Shown piece by piece: positions 1 through 9,192 of a stretch of 64,000 nucleotides of DNA. The notes under the pieces were generated by a model. That model ran no database searches. It saw nothing but the letters and a program-made list of their open reading frames with translations, and had not been told where the DNA came from. The DNA comes from a virus, in IMG/VR virus record IMGVR_UViG_3300032931_000905, positions 1 through 64,000 of that record, one strand, 5' to 3'. Numbering within the stretch: position 1 is the stretch's first letter; each line of letters begins with the position of its first letter. The translations under genes and the position numbers were made by a program.

Positions 1-444
1 ATTCGCGGTGTTGGCTTTCGTGAATGCTGCCTGTCCAAAAACTATAGACGCATCGGCTGTGGTATTAGCGACATTGGCTTTAGCGAACGCGGCTTCCCCA
101 GTGACATTCGCGGTGTTGGCTTTGAGGTATGCTCCATTGGCCGTATCCCGCGCAAATTGATCGAAGGATGATCCCCCGGTGGCTTGAATGGTCAGTGTGT
201 TATTTGGGGAATCAGTCGAGAGAAGAATGCCTGCGCCGGGAACCATTCGCAAGGTATCCGAGGTGAGCGTGGCAGTGATGTTATTTTGTCCAGTGACATT
301 CACAACCCCAAAGGCATTGGCGCTGCTACCACTGGAACTAATGGAGGTAATTGGTCCGGTATGGACAATAGTAGCGGGATCAGTCTTGATGGAGACTTGT
401 TGGACCGGCGCCGGGAGGATCGTGATTTTGATATTATCTGGCAT
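1..444 (-). CDS. Tail fibre-like protein, 5' part (runs off the window; absent from ORF track)
   Basis: Manual translation from ATG at 444: MPDNIKITILPAP...FGVVNVTGQNN...DQFARDTANGAYLKANTANVTGEAAFAKAN; closely paralogous to the N-terminal region of 3639..6269. Confidence 0.8.
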   Translation of the reverse strand, partial: MPDNIKITILPAPVQQVSIKTDPATIVHTGPITSISSSGSSANAFGVVNVTGQNNITATLTSDTLRMVPGAGILLSTDSPNNTLTIQATGGSSFDQFARDTANGAYLKANTANVTGEAAFAKANVANTTADASIVFGQAAFTKANTAN

Positions 445-447
445 TGC

Positions 448-780
448 TTACCTTGAGACCGATGGATTGACAACAACAATACCTTCAAAGACTCGCCGAA
501 CTTCACCCAGGGGATCAGTCAGTTTGACATCATAGACGTTCCGACCTGGGGTCAGTAAGGCACTATTGGCAGACGAGACAGACATGGTAATGACGCCATT
601 GGCCGCATCGGTAAAGACGATGCCAAATGGCACGGACGTAGCCGAAGACCACACCCGCCGAATCTGAGCATTGGCACTATAGCCAACAAGATTTGAGGTG
701 TTGCCTGTGACATCCGAGACCGAAATCGTCGTGATAAATTGGGCCCCTTGATCGATTTGTAGTTCCACATAGGTACTCAT
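448..780 (-). CDS. Small virion protein, BppU-N-like/tail-associated adaptor
   Basis: IDQGAQF...YSANAQIRR...GRNVYDVKL...EGIVVVNPSVSR pattern typical of a small phage tail protein family; lies in the tail-fibre cluster. Confidence 0.65.
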   Translation of the reverse strand: MSTYVELQIDQGAQFITTISVSDVTGNTSNLVGYSANAQIRRVWSSATSVPFGIVFTDAANGVITMSVSSANSALLTPGRNVYDVKLTDPLGEVRRVFEGIVVVNPSVSR

Positions 781-815
781 GCCTAGAATCTCCTGGTGTA
801 TGCCTTATTTATGTA

Positions 816-1775
816 TTATGTATACGACACGCTGATATAGGGCGAGGCATTCGCTACGGTATCCAGGGCATAGGCCACGGATTTCCCGATGTTCAACGAG
901 GGCCTGGTAAACGTAGACAGGGACAGTCCGGTCTGAAGATCGTCAGGGACTCCTGTGACACGGATATTCGCGCCCGTGGTCCCCAAATTCCCAATCAAGA
1001 TCCAGGTATCATCACCTTCCAGGAGGGTCTGACCCGGAGAGAGATCAATATAATTCGAGTAGATCCCTTGGAGTACTGCGGTACCGCTGGCATAGGAGTT
1101 GGCAATGGCATTATTCGTTCCATTGAACCCCAGGACGGTCAAATTCGTTCCTGCGCCGATGATGGGGGTGCCTGTGGCCACCGCGAGTTCACCCCAGGTT
1201 GCCGACACCGAGTTATTGCAGGTCCGATACTTCACCAGGACGCGCTTCGAGGTCTTCGGGGCTCTCCCGATGTAGGTGGCCACCGTTTCTCCTCCCGAAC
1301 TGATGATACGGGCACCCACAGGATTGGTGGAGGTGGTATTCGATGCAAAGACGCCATACAAGACAGGATAATAGACGCCCCCGGCTTGTTGGGCCCCACA
1401 GGGATTCGCAAGATGCGTTCGACCGTTCCAATCATAGAAAATGAATCCCGCTTGATCGGTATAGTGCATCGATTCTCCGGCTTTCAGAATAATCGGCGCG
1501 GTCAGGAGATATTCCACGGCGGCCACATTCTTCTTGAGTGTGATACTGGTGGTCAGGATATCACGATTTCTAATCGAGAGGAATTTCAATTCCCGCTGGG
1601 TGCTCGCCGCGGGGCCTGAGAGAATCGTGGTATTCGCCGTGGTGGTAATGCTGACGTTACTGCCATTGGCCAGAAAGGTGGTACTCGTCAGATCCGCATA
1701 GGTCACGACCACATCCAGCGTGACGGCGGTTCCTTGTTGCACATTCAATGTTTCATTTTGATTGAGACAAATCAT
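816..1775 (-). CDS. Putative tail-fibre tip/receptor-binding protein, paralog 3
   Basis: Shares N-domain (ETLNV..YADLTSTTF..PAASTQR..K.LSIRN..GE...Y) and C-domain (YIGRAP..TWGELAV) with the two upstream genes. Confidence 0.6.
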   Translation of the reverse strand: MICLNQNETLNVQQGTAVTLDVVVTYADLTSTTFLANGSNVSITTTANTTILSGPAASTQRELKFLSIRNRDILTTSITLKKNVAAVEYLLTAPIILKAGESMHYTDQAGFIFYDWNGRTHLANPCGAQQAGGVYYPVLYGVFASNTTSTNPVGARIISSGGETVATYIGRAPKTSKRVLVKYRTCNNSVSATWGELAVATGTPIIGAGTNLTVLGFNGTNNAIANSYASGTAVLQGIYSNYIDLSPGQTLLEGDDTWILIGNLGTTGANIRVTGVPDDLQTGLSLSTFTRPSLNIGKSVAYALDTVANASPYISVSYT

Positions 1776-1779
1776 ACGG

Positions 1780-2721
1780 TTACCAATAGACCTGAAATGT
1801 GGGGTGAACGGATAGGGTGCCGAGACTATTGAGACCTACCGCCTGACCGAGGTCCACAGAGGGTCGTCTGGACTGGGCCGTGATGAATGCTACCAGTCCA
1901 CTGAGTACATCGTCATAGTGTGAGGCTATTATGGTACATCCAGAGGTGGCAAATTCGGAATTAAAGACAATCCAGACATCCTCATCAGGAGGAATGGCGA
2001 ATCCCGTTCCGGTCGTGATTGTGGTATAATGGGCCTGCGCTAAGGCGACATTCGCAGAGACATCAGCAAATCCGACACATCGCGCAGGGACCATGGCCAT
2101 CGTGCCAGTGGCATTCGCGCCATGTTGTGAGGTGCCGACATAGACCCCCATCTCTGCCCAGGTCGTCCCGACAGCGGCCACAGTGAGCCTCCAGCGCACG
2201 TTCAGTTGGGTCACAGGGTAACGAGGGGATTTTCCCACATACATGCCCCAGCACGCCGTATTCAAATGGGCCCGAGTCGTCACACCCATGGCAATGGCCT
2301 GAGGGCCCAGGGCCACCGTCGAGATGGGTCCGGCAATGGCGCTGGTATATTTGGCGGCGCCTTGACGATTCAAGACTTTCCATCCTCGTCGCTCCAGGTA
2401 TTCGAGGGATTCTCCTGTTCCGAGTGGAGTATTGGCGGTCAAATAGGTATCGGTGCCTGCAACGGATTTCTTCACAAAGACGGTTTGGGCAGTGGGACTC
2501 GTATCTCTATTCGTAATAATAATGGTTTTGACTTGTCGCTGGGTACTTGCCGCTGGTGCGGCCACAAAGGCCGTGGAAGTCGCCAACGAGACGGTGCCTT
2601 GATTCGAACTCGCCGTGAAGGTCGTGGACGTATGATCCGCATAATAGGCGGTATAATCGATCTTCCCGGCGGTCACGGTATCGACATTCAATGTTTCTGT
2701 GGTGTTGGTGAGGAGGATCAT
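1780..2721 (-). CDS. Putative tail-fibre tip/receptor-binding protein, paralog 2
   Basis: Start re-called at ATG 2721 (MILLTNTTETLNV) by alignment with the paralogs; MYVGKSP..TWAEM motif. Confidence 0.6.
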   Translation of the reverse strand: MILLTNTTETLNVDTVTAGKIDYTAYYADHTSTTFTASSNQGTVSLATSTAFVAAPAASTQRQVKTIIITNRDTSPTAQTVFVKKSVAGTDTYLTANTPLGTGESLEYLERRGWKVLNRQGAAKYTSAIAGPISTVALGPQAIAMGVTTRAHLNTACWGMYVGKSPRYPVTQLNVRWRLTVAAVGTTWAEMGVYVGTSQHGANATGTMAMVPARCVGFADVSANVALAQAHYTTITTGTGFAIPPDEDVWIVFNSEFATSGCTIIASHYDDVLSGLVAFITAQSRRPSVDLGQAVGLNSLGTLSVHPTFQVYW

Positions 2722-2722
2722 C

Positions 2723-3637
2723 TTAGGTATATCCAATACAGATAAGGCTACAACAATTGCTTGCCGCATTGCTTTCTGTGAGGAAGCCAGTTGCAATGTT
2801 CAAAATAGTCGATGGCCGTGTGTTGACATTCGCCGACATGACCCCCTGTTGATGATGCTCAATGGTGGTCCCTTGTTTGATCTGGGCGACCGTTGTGGCT
2901 TGATTGCCGATGAGCACCCAGAGATCATCGTATTCGTGGATCGGAGTGGTGGCCACAATCTTCGTCGTCTTCAATCCGATTGAGTTAATGACACCAGAGA
3001 TATCGGTGGTGCCTACGACCGTTAAGGCGGAATTCCCATTGGCGATCAATTGTCCTGTGGCCAGCGCCGCCTCCGCCCAGGTAATGGTGGCGGCCGCCGT
3101 GGTGACATTATACCGGATGTTGACCCCCGCGAGCGCACAGGGAGATTTTCCCACATACATCGCCCAGGTCGTATTGGAGAACAGGGACTTAGAAGTCGTC
3201 AATGCTCCTGCTGAACACCACTCAGGAAAGGTCAAGGACGGCGCAGGCGCATCCTGGACACTAATCAAGTACGGCACACCATTCGAGTTCAGCACTTCAA
3301 ATCCACCCTGTTCTGAGTAGATCACCCCTTCACCGGCGCGTAACGAGATCGGAGAAGTAATATGAAAGTCTGTGGTACCGGTATTCTTTTTGAAGATCAC
3401 TGTGGTATTCGCGGTGCCTGACTTATTTCTCAATGACAGATATTTAATCTGACGGCATGTGGCTGATCCTGGACCAGGGACAATCGCGGTATTCGCAATG
3501 GCATTGATATTCCCCTGGGTGGAACCTGGAGTAAATGTGGTCGTGGTGAGATCCACATACGACACCTGATAGTCGATACTCACGGCCGTGCGAGTTTCGA
3601 GATTGATCGATTCTTGTGAATGATTGACAGTCAACAT
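2723..3637 (-). CDS. Putative tail-fibre tip/receptor-binding protein, paralog 1
   Basis: MLTVNHSQESINL..YVDLTTTTF..MYVGKSP..TWAEAA; tightly coupled to neighbours. Confidence 0.6.
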   Translation of the reverse strand: MLTVNHSQESINLETRTAVSIDYQVSYVDLTTTTFTPGSTQGNINAIANTAIVPGPGSATCRQIKYLSLRNKSGTANTTVIFKKNTGTTDFHITSPISLRAGEGVIYSEQGGFEVLNSNGVPYLISVQDAPAPSLTFPEWCSAGALTTSKSLFSNTTWAMYVGKSPCALAGVNIRYNVTTAAATITWAEAALATGQLIANGNSALTVVGTTDISGVINSIGLKTTKIVATTPIHEYDDLWVLIGNQATTVAQIKQGTTIEHHQQGVMSANVNTRPSTILNIATGFLTESNAASNCCSLICIGYT

Positions 3638-3638
3638 C

Positions 3639-6269
3639 TTAAAATCCTAATGACACCCGACTCATGGTTTGTTGATGGATGGTGGCCGACATGGTCGATT
3701 CCACATTCAAGGCCGAGGTGATATGTCCTGTGGTGCTGACCACATAGGTCGGAATCAAATTCGCGGTACCATAGCCCGTCGCCGTCACACCTGAGGCATC
3801 ATGGGCAATGACGCCAGTAGCCGCGGTATAGTTCACAGGGGCAGTCGCCGAGATATTCCCGCGTATCCAGACCAAGTTCGCCGTCAGGTTAATAATCCCT
3901 TTATCATTCGACACGATAATGCCACCGGCCCCGGTATTACTAATTGTCGCCAGATCGAATCCAGAATTCACCGTATTCCCGATGAGGATTTGGCCGTTGG
4001 TGATGGCGCCTAATGAACGTCCTGTGCCTCCGCGAGCGACGACCAGGTTACCTGTAATGACTGTTGACGCATCGAGGTTATTGACGGCGGAATTCGCGGC
4101 CAGCGTGATATGTCCAAAGGTATCGATGGTCACCACAGACACCGTATTGGCGCCTCCATAGATCGTGGCCGAGACGCCTGAGGTCGCATGAGTAATCACC
4201 CCGGTGCCTGGGGTATACACGATAGGGGTCGTGGCGGAGATGTTCCCGCGTATCCAGACCAGGTTCGCGGTCAGATTGATAATGCCTTTGTCGTTCGAGA
4301 CGATGATACCACCGGTCCCTGTATTCGTGACAAAGGCCAGATCGAATCCACCATTCACGGTATTCCCAATAAGAATCTGTCCATTCGTGACGGCGCCAAG
4401 GGAGAGGCCTGTGCCTCCACGGGCGAGTGCTAATGTACCCACCGTGACATTGGAGGCATCCACACTAAAGGTTTGTGTGTTGGCCTTACTATTGGCTGTC
4501 AGGGTAATCCCTGCGCCTGCCATCAGGATATCATCATAGGTCGAAGTCATGACCTGATCGTTATTCCCTGCGGTGCCTACGGCGACCAGGACCTTACCAT
4601 TCCATGCCAGACCCTTCCAGGCGGCGTCTGTTGGAGAGACTCGGACGGTCCAAGTGATCCCGTCAGGGGAGGTCATGATACGATTACCGGTGCCGGTATT
4701 GGCGACGACCACAAATTCTGTACCCGTCCATTGAACGGCCGTCCATTGGAGGGTACTCGTTGGGGTATAGCGAGAAGTCCAGTTAATCCCATCAGGAGAG
4801 GTCATCACTTGATTATTGGTACCTGAGAAGGCCACGGCGACGAAGATTTTGCCATTCCAGGTCACATCGATCCAACTGAGATCGGCCGCCGAAGTCTGAG
4901 AAGTCCAGGTCGTCCCATCGGGGGAGGTCATGACACGATTACCAGCACCTGAGGTGCCGACCGCCACAAAGAGGGACAGTTCAGGTGCCCAGACAATTGA
5001 ACGCCACGCCAAGTCTGCCGCTGGTACGCGAGTCAGCCATGTGGTGCCGTCGGTCGAGATCATGACGCCGTTGGCCACACCTGTCGCGGCGACCGCACAA
5101 AAGATATTCCCGTTCCAGGTCACATCACGCCATTGGATGCCAGGCACGGCCGCCGGTAGGGATTGCCAGGTCACCGCATTGGCCGAGATCATCACTTGAT
5201 TCGCAAAGGTGGAACTCGCCACGGCCACCAGGACATTGCCATTATACCCAATGCCGGTATAGACTACTTGTTCGGCCGCGACTCTGGCCGTCCAGTTGAT
5301 GCCTTCGGGAGAAGTCATGACCCTGAGATTCCCTGGAACCGCCGAACTATTGGAACTCACGGCTACAAAGAGATTCAGTGTATCAGCCCAGATGACTTGT
5401 TCCCAGGACACGTTGGAGGAGGGCGTTCTGTTCACCCAGTCAGAATTGCGGAATCTGGTGGAGGACACATTGATACGATTGAGGACACTATTCCCTATCA
5501 GACTGATCCCGTCACCCGCAAAGAAGGTCAGGGTGTTCGCATTGCCTGTGGCGACGATATTGGGGGAGTTGGCGATATTGATCGTGACAAAGCCTGTTTG
5601 GACAGCACCGTTGGCTTTGTTGAAGGCCGATTGGGCCAGTGTGTTGGCCAGGTTCGCAAAGGCAAATCCCGCATCGGCTGTGGTATTCGCCACATTCGCT
5701 TTGGCAAACGCGGCATCGGCTGTGGTATTCGCAGTATTGGCTTTGGCGAACGCGGCTTCGGCCGTGACATTCGCGGTATTCGCTTTGAGGAATGCTCCAT
5801 TGGCGGTATCACGGGCAATCTGGTCAATGGCCGAACCCCCAGTGGCCGTAATCGTTAATGACGCATTAGGACCATCGGTCGTGATGACGATCCCTGTGCC
5901 GTTGATGAATGTCAGGGTACTATTCGTGGAATTAGCAAGGACATTGGATTGACCAGAGACATTGACCACCCCAAAGCCGTTTGCGCCGGTTCCAGGGGAT
6001 GTTTTGAGGGACAGTTCGATCAGGTTGGTCAGATTGATCGAGGCATTATCATCGGTATAATGCTGAACGACAATATTGGCACCTGGTTTTCCGGTATAGA
6101 AAATCAGCGTGTTGGCAAGGATATTATAGTCGGTGACCGCGGTCTGAATGACCGAATTGACATAGACGTTGGAACTGAAGGGACCTTGGATGATCCCTGG
6201 ATAGAGCAGATTATAGACTGAGTTCGCTGTACCAACGAATGTTTCGGAAATGGGATTGATTTGTGACAT
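3639..6269 (-). CDS. Tail fibre protein with coiled-coil, Asp-box/BNR-type beta-propeller repeats and duplicated C-terminal module
   Basis: AAFAKANTAN repeats; about seven vmTSpDGxxWT repeats; twice-repeated GGTG..NGQILIGNTVN..DKGIINLTANLVWIRGNISAT. Confidence 0.75.
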   Translation of the reverse strand: MSQINPISETFVGTANSVYNLLYPGIIQGPFSSNVYVNSVIQTAVTDYNILANTLIFYTGKPGANIVVQHYTDDNASINLTNLIELSLKTSPGTGANGFGVVNVSGQSNVLANSTNSTLTFINGTGIVITTDGPNASLTITATGGSAIDQIARDTANGAFLKANTANVTAEAAFAKANTANTTADAAFAKANVANTTADAGFAFANLANTLAQSAFNKANGAVQTGFVTINIANSPNIVATGNANTLTFFAGDGISLIGNSVLNRINVSSTRFRNSDWVNRTPSSNVSWEQVIWADTLNLFVAVSSNSSAVPGNLRVMTSPEGINWTARVAAEQVVYTGIGYNGNVLVAVASSTFANQVMISANAVTWQSLPAAVPGIQWRDVTWNGNIFCAVAATGVANGVMISTDGTTWLTRVPAADLAWRSIVWAPELSLFVAVGTSGAGNRVMTSPDGTTWTSQTSAADLSWIDVTWNGKIFVAVAFSGTNNQVMTSPDGINWTSRYTPTSTLQWTAVQWTGTEFVVVANTGTGNRIMTSPDGITWTVRVSPTDAAWKGLAWNGKVLVAVGTAGNNDQVMTSTYDDILMAGAGITLTANSKANTQTFSVDASNVTVGTLALARGGTGLSLGAVTNGQILIGNTVNGGFDLAFVTNTGTGGIIVSNDKGIINLTANLVWIRGNISATTPIVYTPGTGVITHATSGVSATIYGGANTVSVVTIDTFGHITLAANSAVNNLDASTVITGNLVVARGGTGRSLGAITNGQILIGNTVNSGFDLATISNTGAGGIIVSNDKGIINLTANLVWIRGNISATAPVNYTAATGVIAHDASGVTATGYGTANLIPTYVVSTTGHITSALNVESTMSATIHQQTMSRVSLGF

Positions 6270-6288
6270 AACCCATATTTATCCCCGT

Positions 6289-9183
6289 TTAGGCGCCGAT
6301 AGGACCGAAGTTTTTCCAGGTGCCTGGTGATCCAGCCACCGTGCAGACAAATCCAATGTTCCCTGATGCCGCGGCATTCGTATTCCAGATGATATCATTC
6401 TTCTTCCAGATGCCTGAGGTCGGAGCCGCCGTGCCATACCCCTGGGTGGCATTCCAACTATTCAATCCAACAGAATGATAGCCATCCGTGACAGTTTCAT
6501 GAAATGGGGTGGAGACCGTGAGTGGATCACACCAGTTCCCTGTGATCTGTCCGGCCACATTGGCGGCCACATAAATGCCACGACCCAATGTACTCACATT
6601 GGCGACTTGATTGCCTTGGATACAGACGGCCACATTCGGTGAATTGGTCAGAAGACCGTAGTTGACGGTATTGTCTGTCTGATTGCCTTGCAAGAGAAGT
6701 TTTACCCCCACATTCGAAGAGGTGGTGGTGATGCCGGCACTGCCTGTTTGTGTGACGCGATTTCCGATATAGGTGGCGGATTGACCAACGATTTGGGCAT
6801 AGATACCGGAGGAGGACGTACCGGTACCGACATTGAACACAAAATTATCTTCACATTGTATGGTTTGGAAACTGTCCGTTCGGATACCTTCGTCCTGGAC
6901 ATGTGCGACACGGTTCCCGCTTACCACGATGGTGGCCGCCGCGGAGTTTCCTCCCTGACAATAGATGCCGATGCCTGTCACATTCGCCAGGATGTTATCC
7001 CGCACGACGACCCGGTTCGATGCCGAGGTCCAGATGCCATGGAGGCCTGTGGTATCAATATAATTATCATTGATCATCCCATAATCAAAGGTATTGGTCA
7101 GTTGGATACCAATCTCCTTGGTGTTTTGTACCCAATTATCCGTAACGATGATGCCTTTGCCGGCCAGGACGGCAATGCCTTCATTCCCGAAGATATCCCG
7201 CACCTGGTTCCCTCGGACACTGACGGTGGCTCTGGTGGCGGAATCCACAACGATCCCATAGGCCACACAATTCATCACGCTGTTATCCTGAATCGATAAG
7301 CTGATGAGTGTGTTTGAGGAATCGATGCCGTAATTCGCGTTACTGATCGTATTGTCGTGTATCCGGATGTCATAATGATAGGATTGATCGATGGCGGCGC
7401 CTGCCACATCCTTGATGATATTATTCAGAATAGCGACACTGGTGGCGCGAGACTGAAAGGTGATGCCTGTGCCTTCTTGTACCCCGACCCCAGTACAGAC
7501 CAACCCATCGCCGTAGGGATTGTTGGCGAGGACATTCCCTTGAATGAGAATGGTGCCACCGGCCATATAATCAGGACTCGAATTGATGGCGATGAGCGCA
7601 CCAATACCATTAGCCAGTCCGTCTACCAGGTTACCAGTGATCGAGCATCGACGACACTCGGCCTTCATCTGAATCCCACGACCGAAGCTGTCCAGGACCA
7701 CATTATCCGCGATCACCACATCCATACCGAAATTGTATGGATCAATCGCACCTAAGGTACTATTAATCTCCGAACGGCCCATGCGCTTGAGATGGTTACC
7801 GACAATGACGCCCTTCATCGTGTCATTCGTGTTCACGGCGGAGTTCGCCAGAATGACCCATCCGTCAGAAGTCACGATACCCGCACGGCCGTAGGCGACC
7901 CGATCACGCATCAGATCAAAGAAATTCCCTTCAATCACATAATTGCATGGGGTACTGATATTGACGGAGCGAGGGTCGTGTGCGGTACTGGTACCTTCCT
8001 GGCCGCCCAAAAATTTATTTCCTCGAATGATGACAAAGGTGGCAGTATTCGCGCCGGCGTCACCACCCTGCACCCCGATATCAGTGAGACACCCATTCCG
8101 AAAGGTGCAACTCTCGACGATCAACCCTGAGGTGTTGGTGAGGGTGCCTTTGGCCTCAAATCGGAGTCCTTGATTGTCGCTCGTTGCGAGTTGAATCTGA
8201 GATTGCTGATCAAAGGTAATGTGATCAAAGGCAGCGATGATGTTCGTCCCGGTGATCGTAAAGAGTGAGCCATTAAAGGCCCCAGTATTGGGGAGCATCA
8301 CGCGGGAGGACTCTCCCTGGCCTGACAGTCGAATCGTGGACTCAGAGATCGTATAGTTAGCGACATTCAGGATGTAGGTGCCCGCGAGGAGTTTCAGGGT
8401 GGTGGTATTGGCACAGGCCACCATCGCGGATTCAAAGGCAACCGTATCATCGGAAACACCGTCGCGGGTCGCGCCCCACCACTCGGTATAGGCTTCTGGA
8501 ACCGCATTGAATCCGTTTGCGGTTCCTGTTCCTGCAAAAATCTTCTTGGTTGGAGGTGCGGTGAGGGGACCCTGAATCCAGAGATTCGTGCCAGCCGATA
8601 AGAGGGCGCTACCATTGGAGGTAAAGACCAAGTGGACCGTTGGAGGGACGGTCGAGGTGGCCTGGAGCGCCATATTGGACGTGACGAAGAGGGTATTGGC
8701 ATTGGTCGTGGCCGCAGCAATCGCCGCATTCAAGGTGGGATAATTTTTGGCCTCGATGGCACCACGGAAGTTCACGGCATCGAGACTTTGAATATAGGCG
8801 GCGGTCGCATTCAATGAGGAGGTATTGCTCCGAGCGAATGTCTGAGAGGTGCCTGTCAAGGTGACCACATTCAAGGTGGTCATGGAATCCACAAAGGTAA
8901 ACTGTTGGAGTGGATTCAGTTCATTGAGATAGGGCACCATATGCACGACTTCAATGTTCGACACTCCCGTTGGAGGAGCCGTAAAGAAGGTGAGCGCCTT
9001 GCCTGATATCGCAAATGAGGATGGGGGCTGGGCGACACCAAAGATGTTGACTCGAAGCGACACGGCGCCATTGATGTTGTATCCGCCTTGGCTCAACAGG
9101 AACGCCAAGGTGGCATTATCTCCTGAGAAGTACTCGGAGTAGCTTCGAATGGCGTTTTGGTTACCAATAAATCCTGTGGCCAT
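6289..9183 (-). CDS. Tailspike with right-handed beta-helix (pectate-lyase-like depolymerase)
   Basis: WWGATRDGVSDDTVAF motif, many IxxNxxxxxxxxGI beta-helix repeats, C-terminal APTSGIWKKNDIIWN..GFVCTVAGSPGTWK. Confidence 0.8.
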   Translation of the reverse strand: MATGFIGNQNAIRSYSEYFSGDNATLAFLLSQGGYNINGAVSLRVNIFGVAQPPSSFAISGKALTFFTAPPTGVSNIEVVHMVPYLNELNPLQQFTFVDSMTTLNVVTLTGTSQTFARSNTSSLNATAAYIQSLDAVNFRGAIEAKNYPTLNAAIAAATTNANTLFVTSNMALQATSTVPPTVHLVFTSNGSALLSAGTNLWIQGPLTAPPTKKIFAGTGTANGFNAVPEAYTEWWGATRDGVSDDTVAFESAMVACANTTTLKLLAGTYILNVANYTISESTIRLSGQGESSRVMLPNTGAFNGSLFTITGTNIIAAFDHITFDQQSQIQLATSDNQGLRFEAKGTLTNTSGLIVESCTFRNGCLTDIGVQGGDAGANTATFVIIRGNKFLGGQEGTSTAHDPRSVNISTPCNYVIEGNFFDLMRDRVAYGRAGIVTSDGWVILANSAVNTNDTMKGVIVGNHLKRMGRSEINSTLGAIDPYNFGMDVVIADNVVLDSFGRGIQMKAECRRCSITGNLVDGLANGIGALIAINSSPDYMAGGTILIQGNVLANNPYGDGLVCTGVGVQEGTGITFQSRATSVAILNNIIKDVAGAAIDQSYHYDIRIHDNTISNANYGIDSSNTLISLSIQDNSVMNCVAYGIVVDSATRATVSVRGNQVRDIFGNEGIAVLAGKGIIVTDNWVQNTKEIGIQLTNTFDYGMINDNYIDTTGLHGIWTSASNRVVVRDNILANVTGIGIYCQGGNSAAATIVVSGNRVAHVQDEGIRTDSFQTIQCEDNFVFNVGTGTSSSGIYAQIVGQSATYIGNRVTQTGSAGITTTSSNVGVKLLLQGNQTDNTVNYGLLTNSPNVAVCIQGNQVANVSTLGRGIYVAANVAGQITGNWCDPLTVSTPFHETVTDGYHSVGLNSWNATQGYGTAAPTSGIWKKNDIIWNTNAAASGNIGFVCTVAGSPGTWKNFGPIGA

Positions 9184-9192
9184 AGTATTCCT

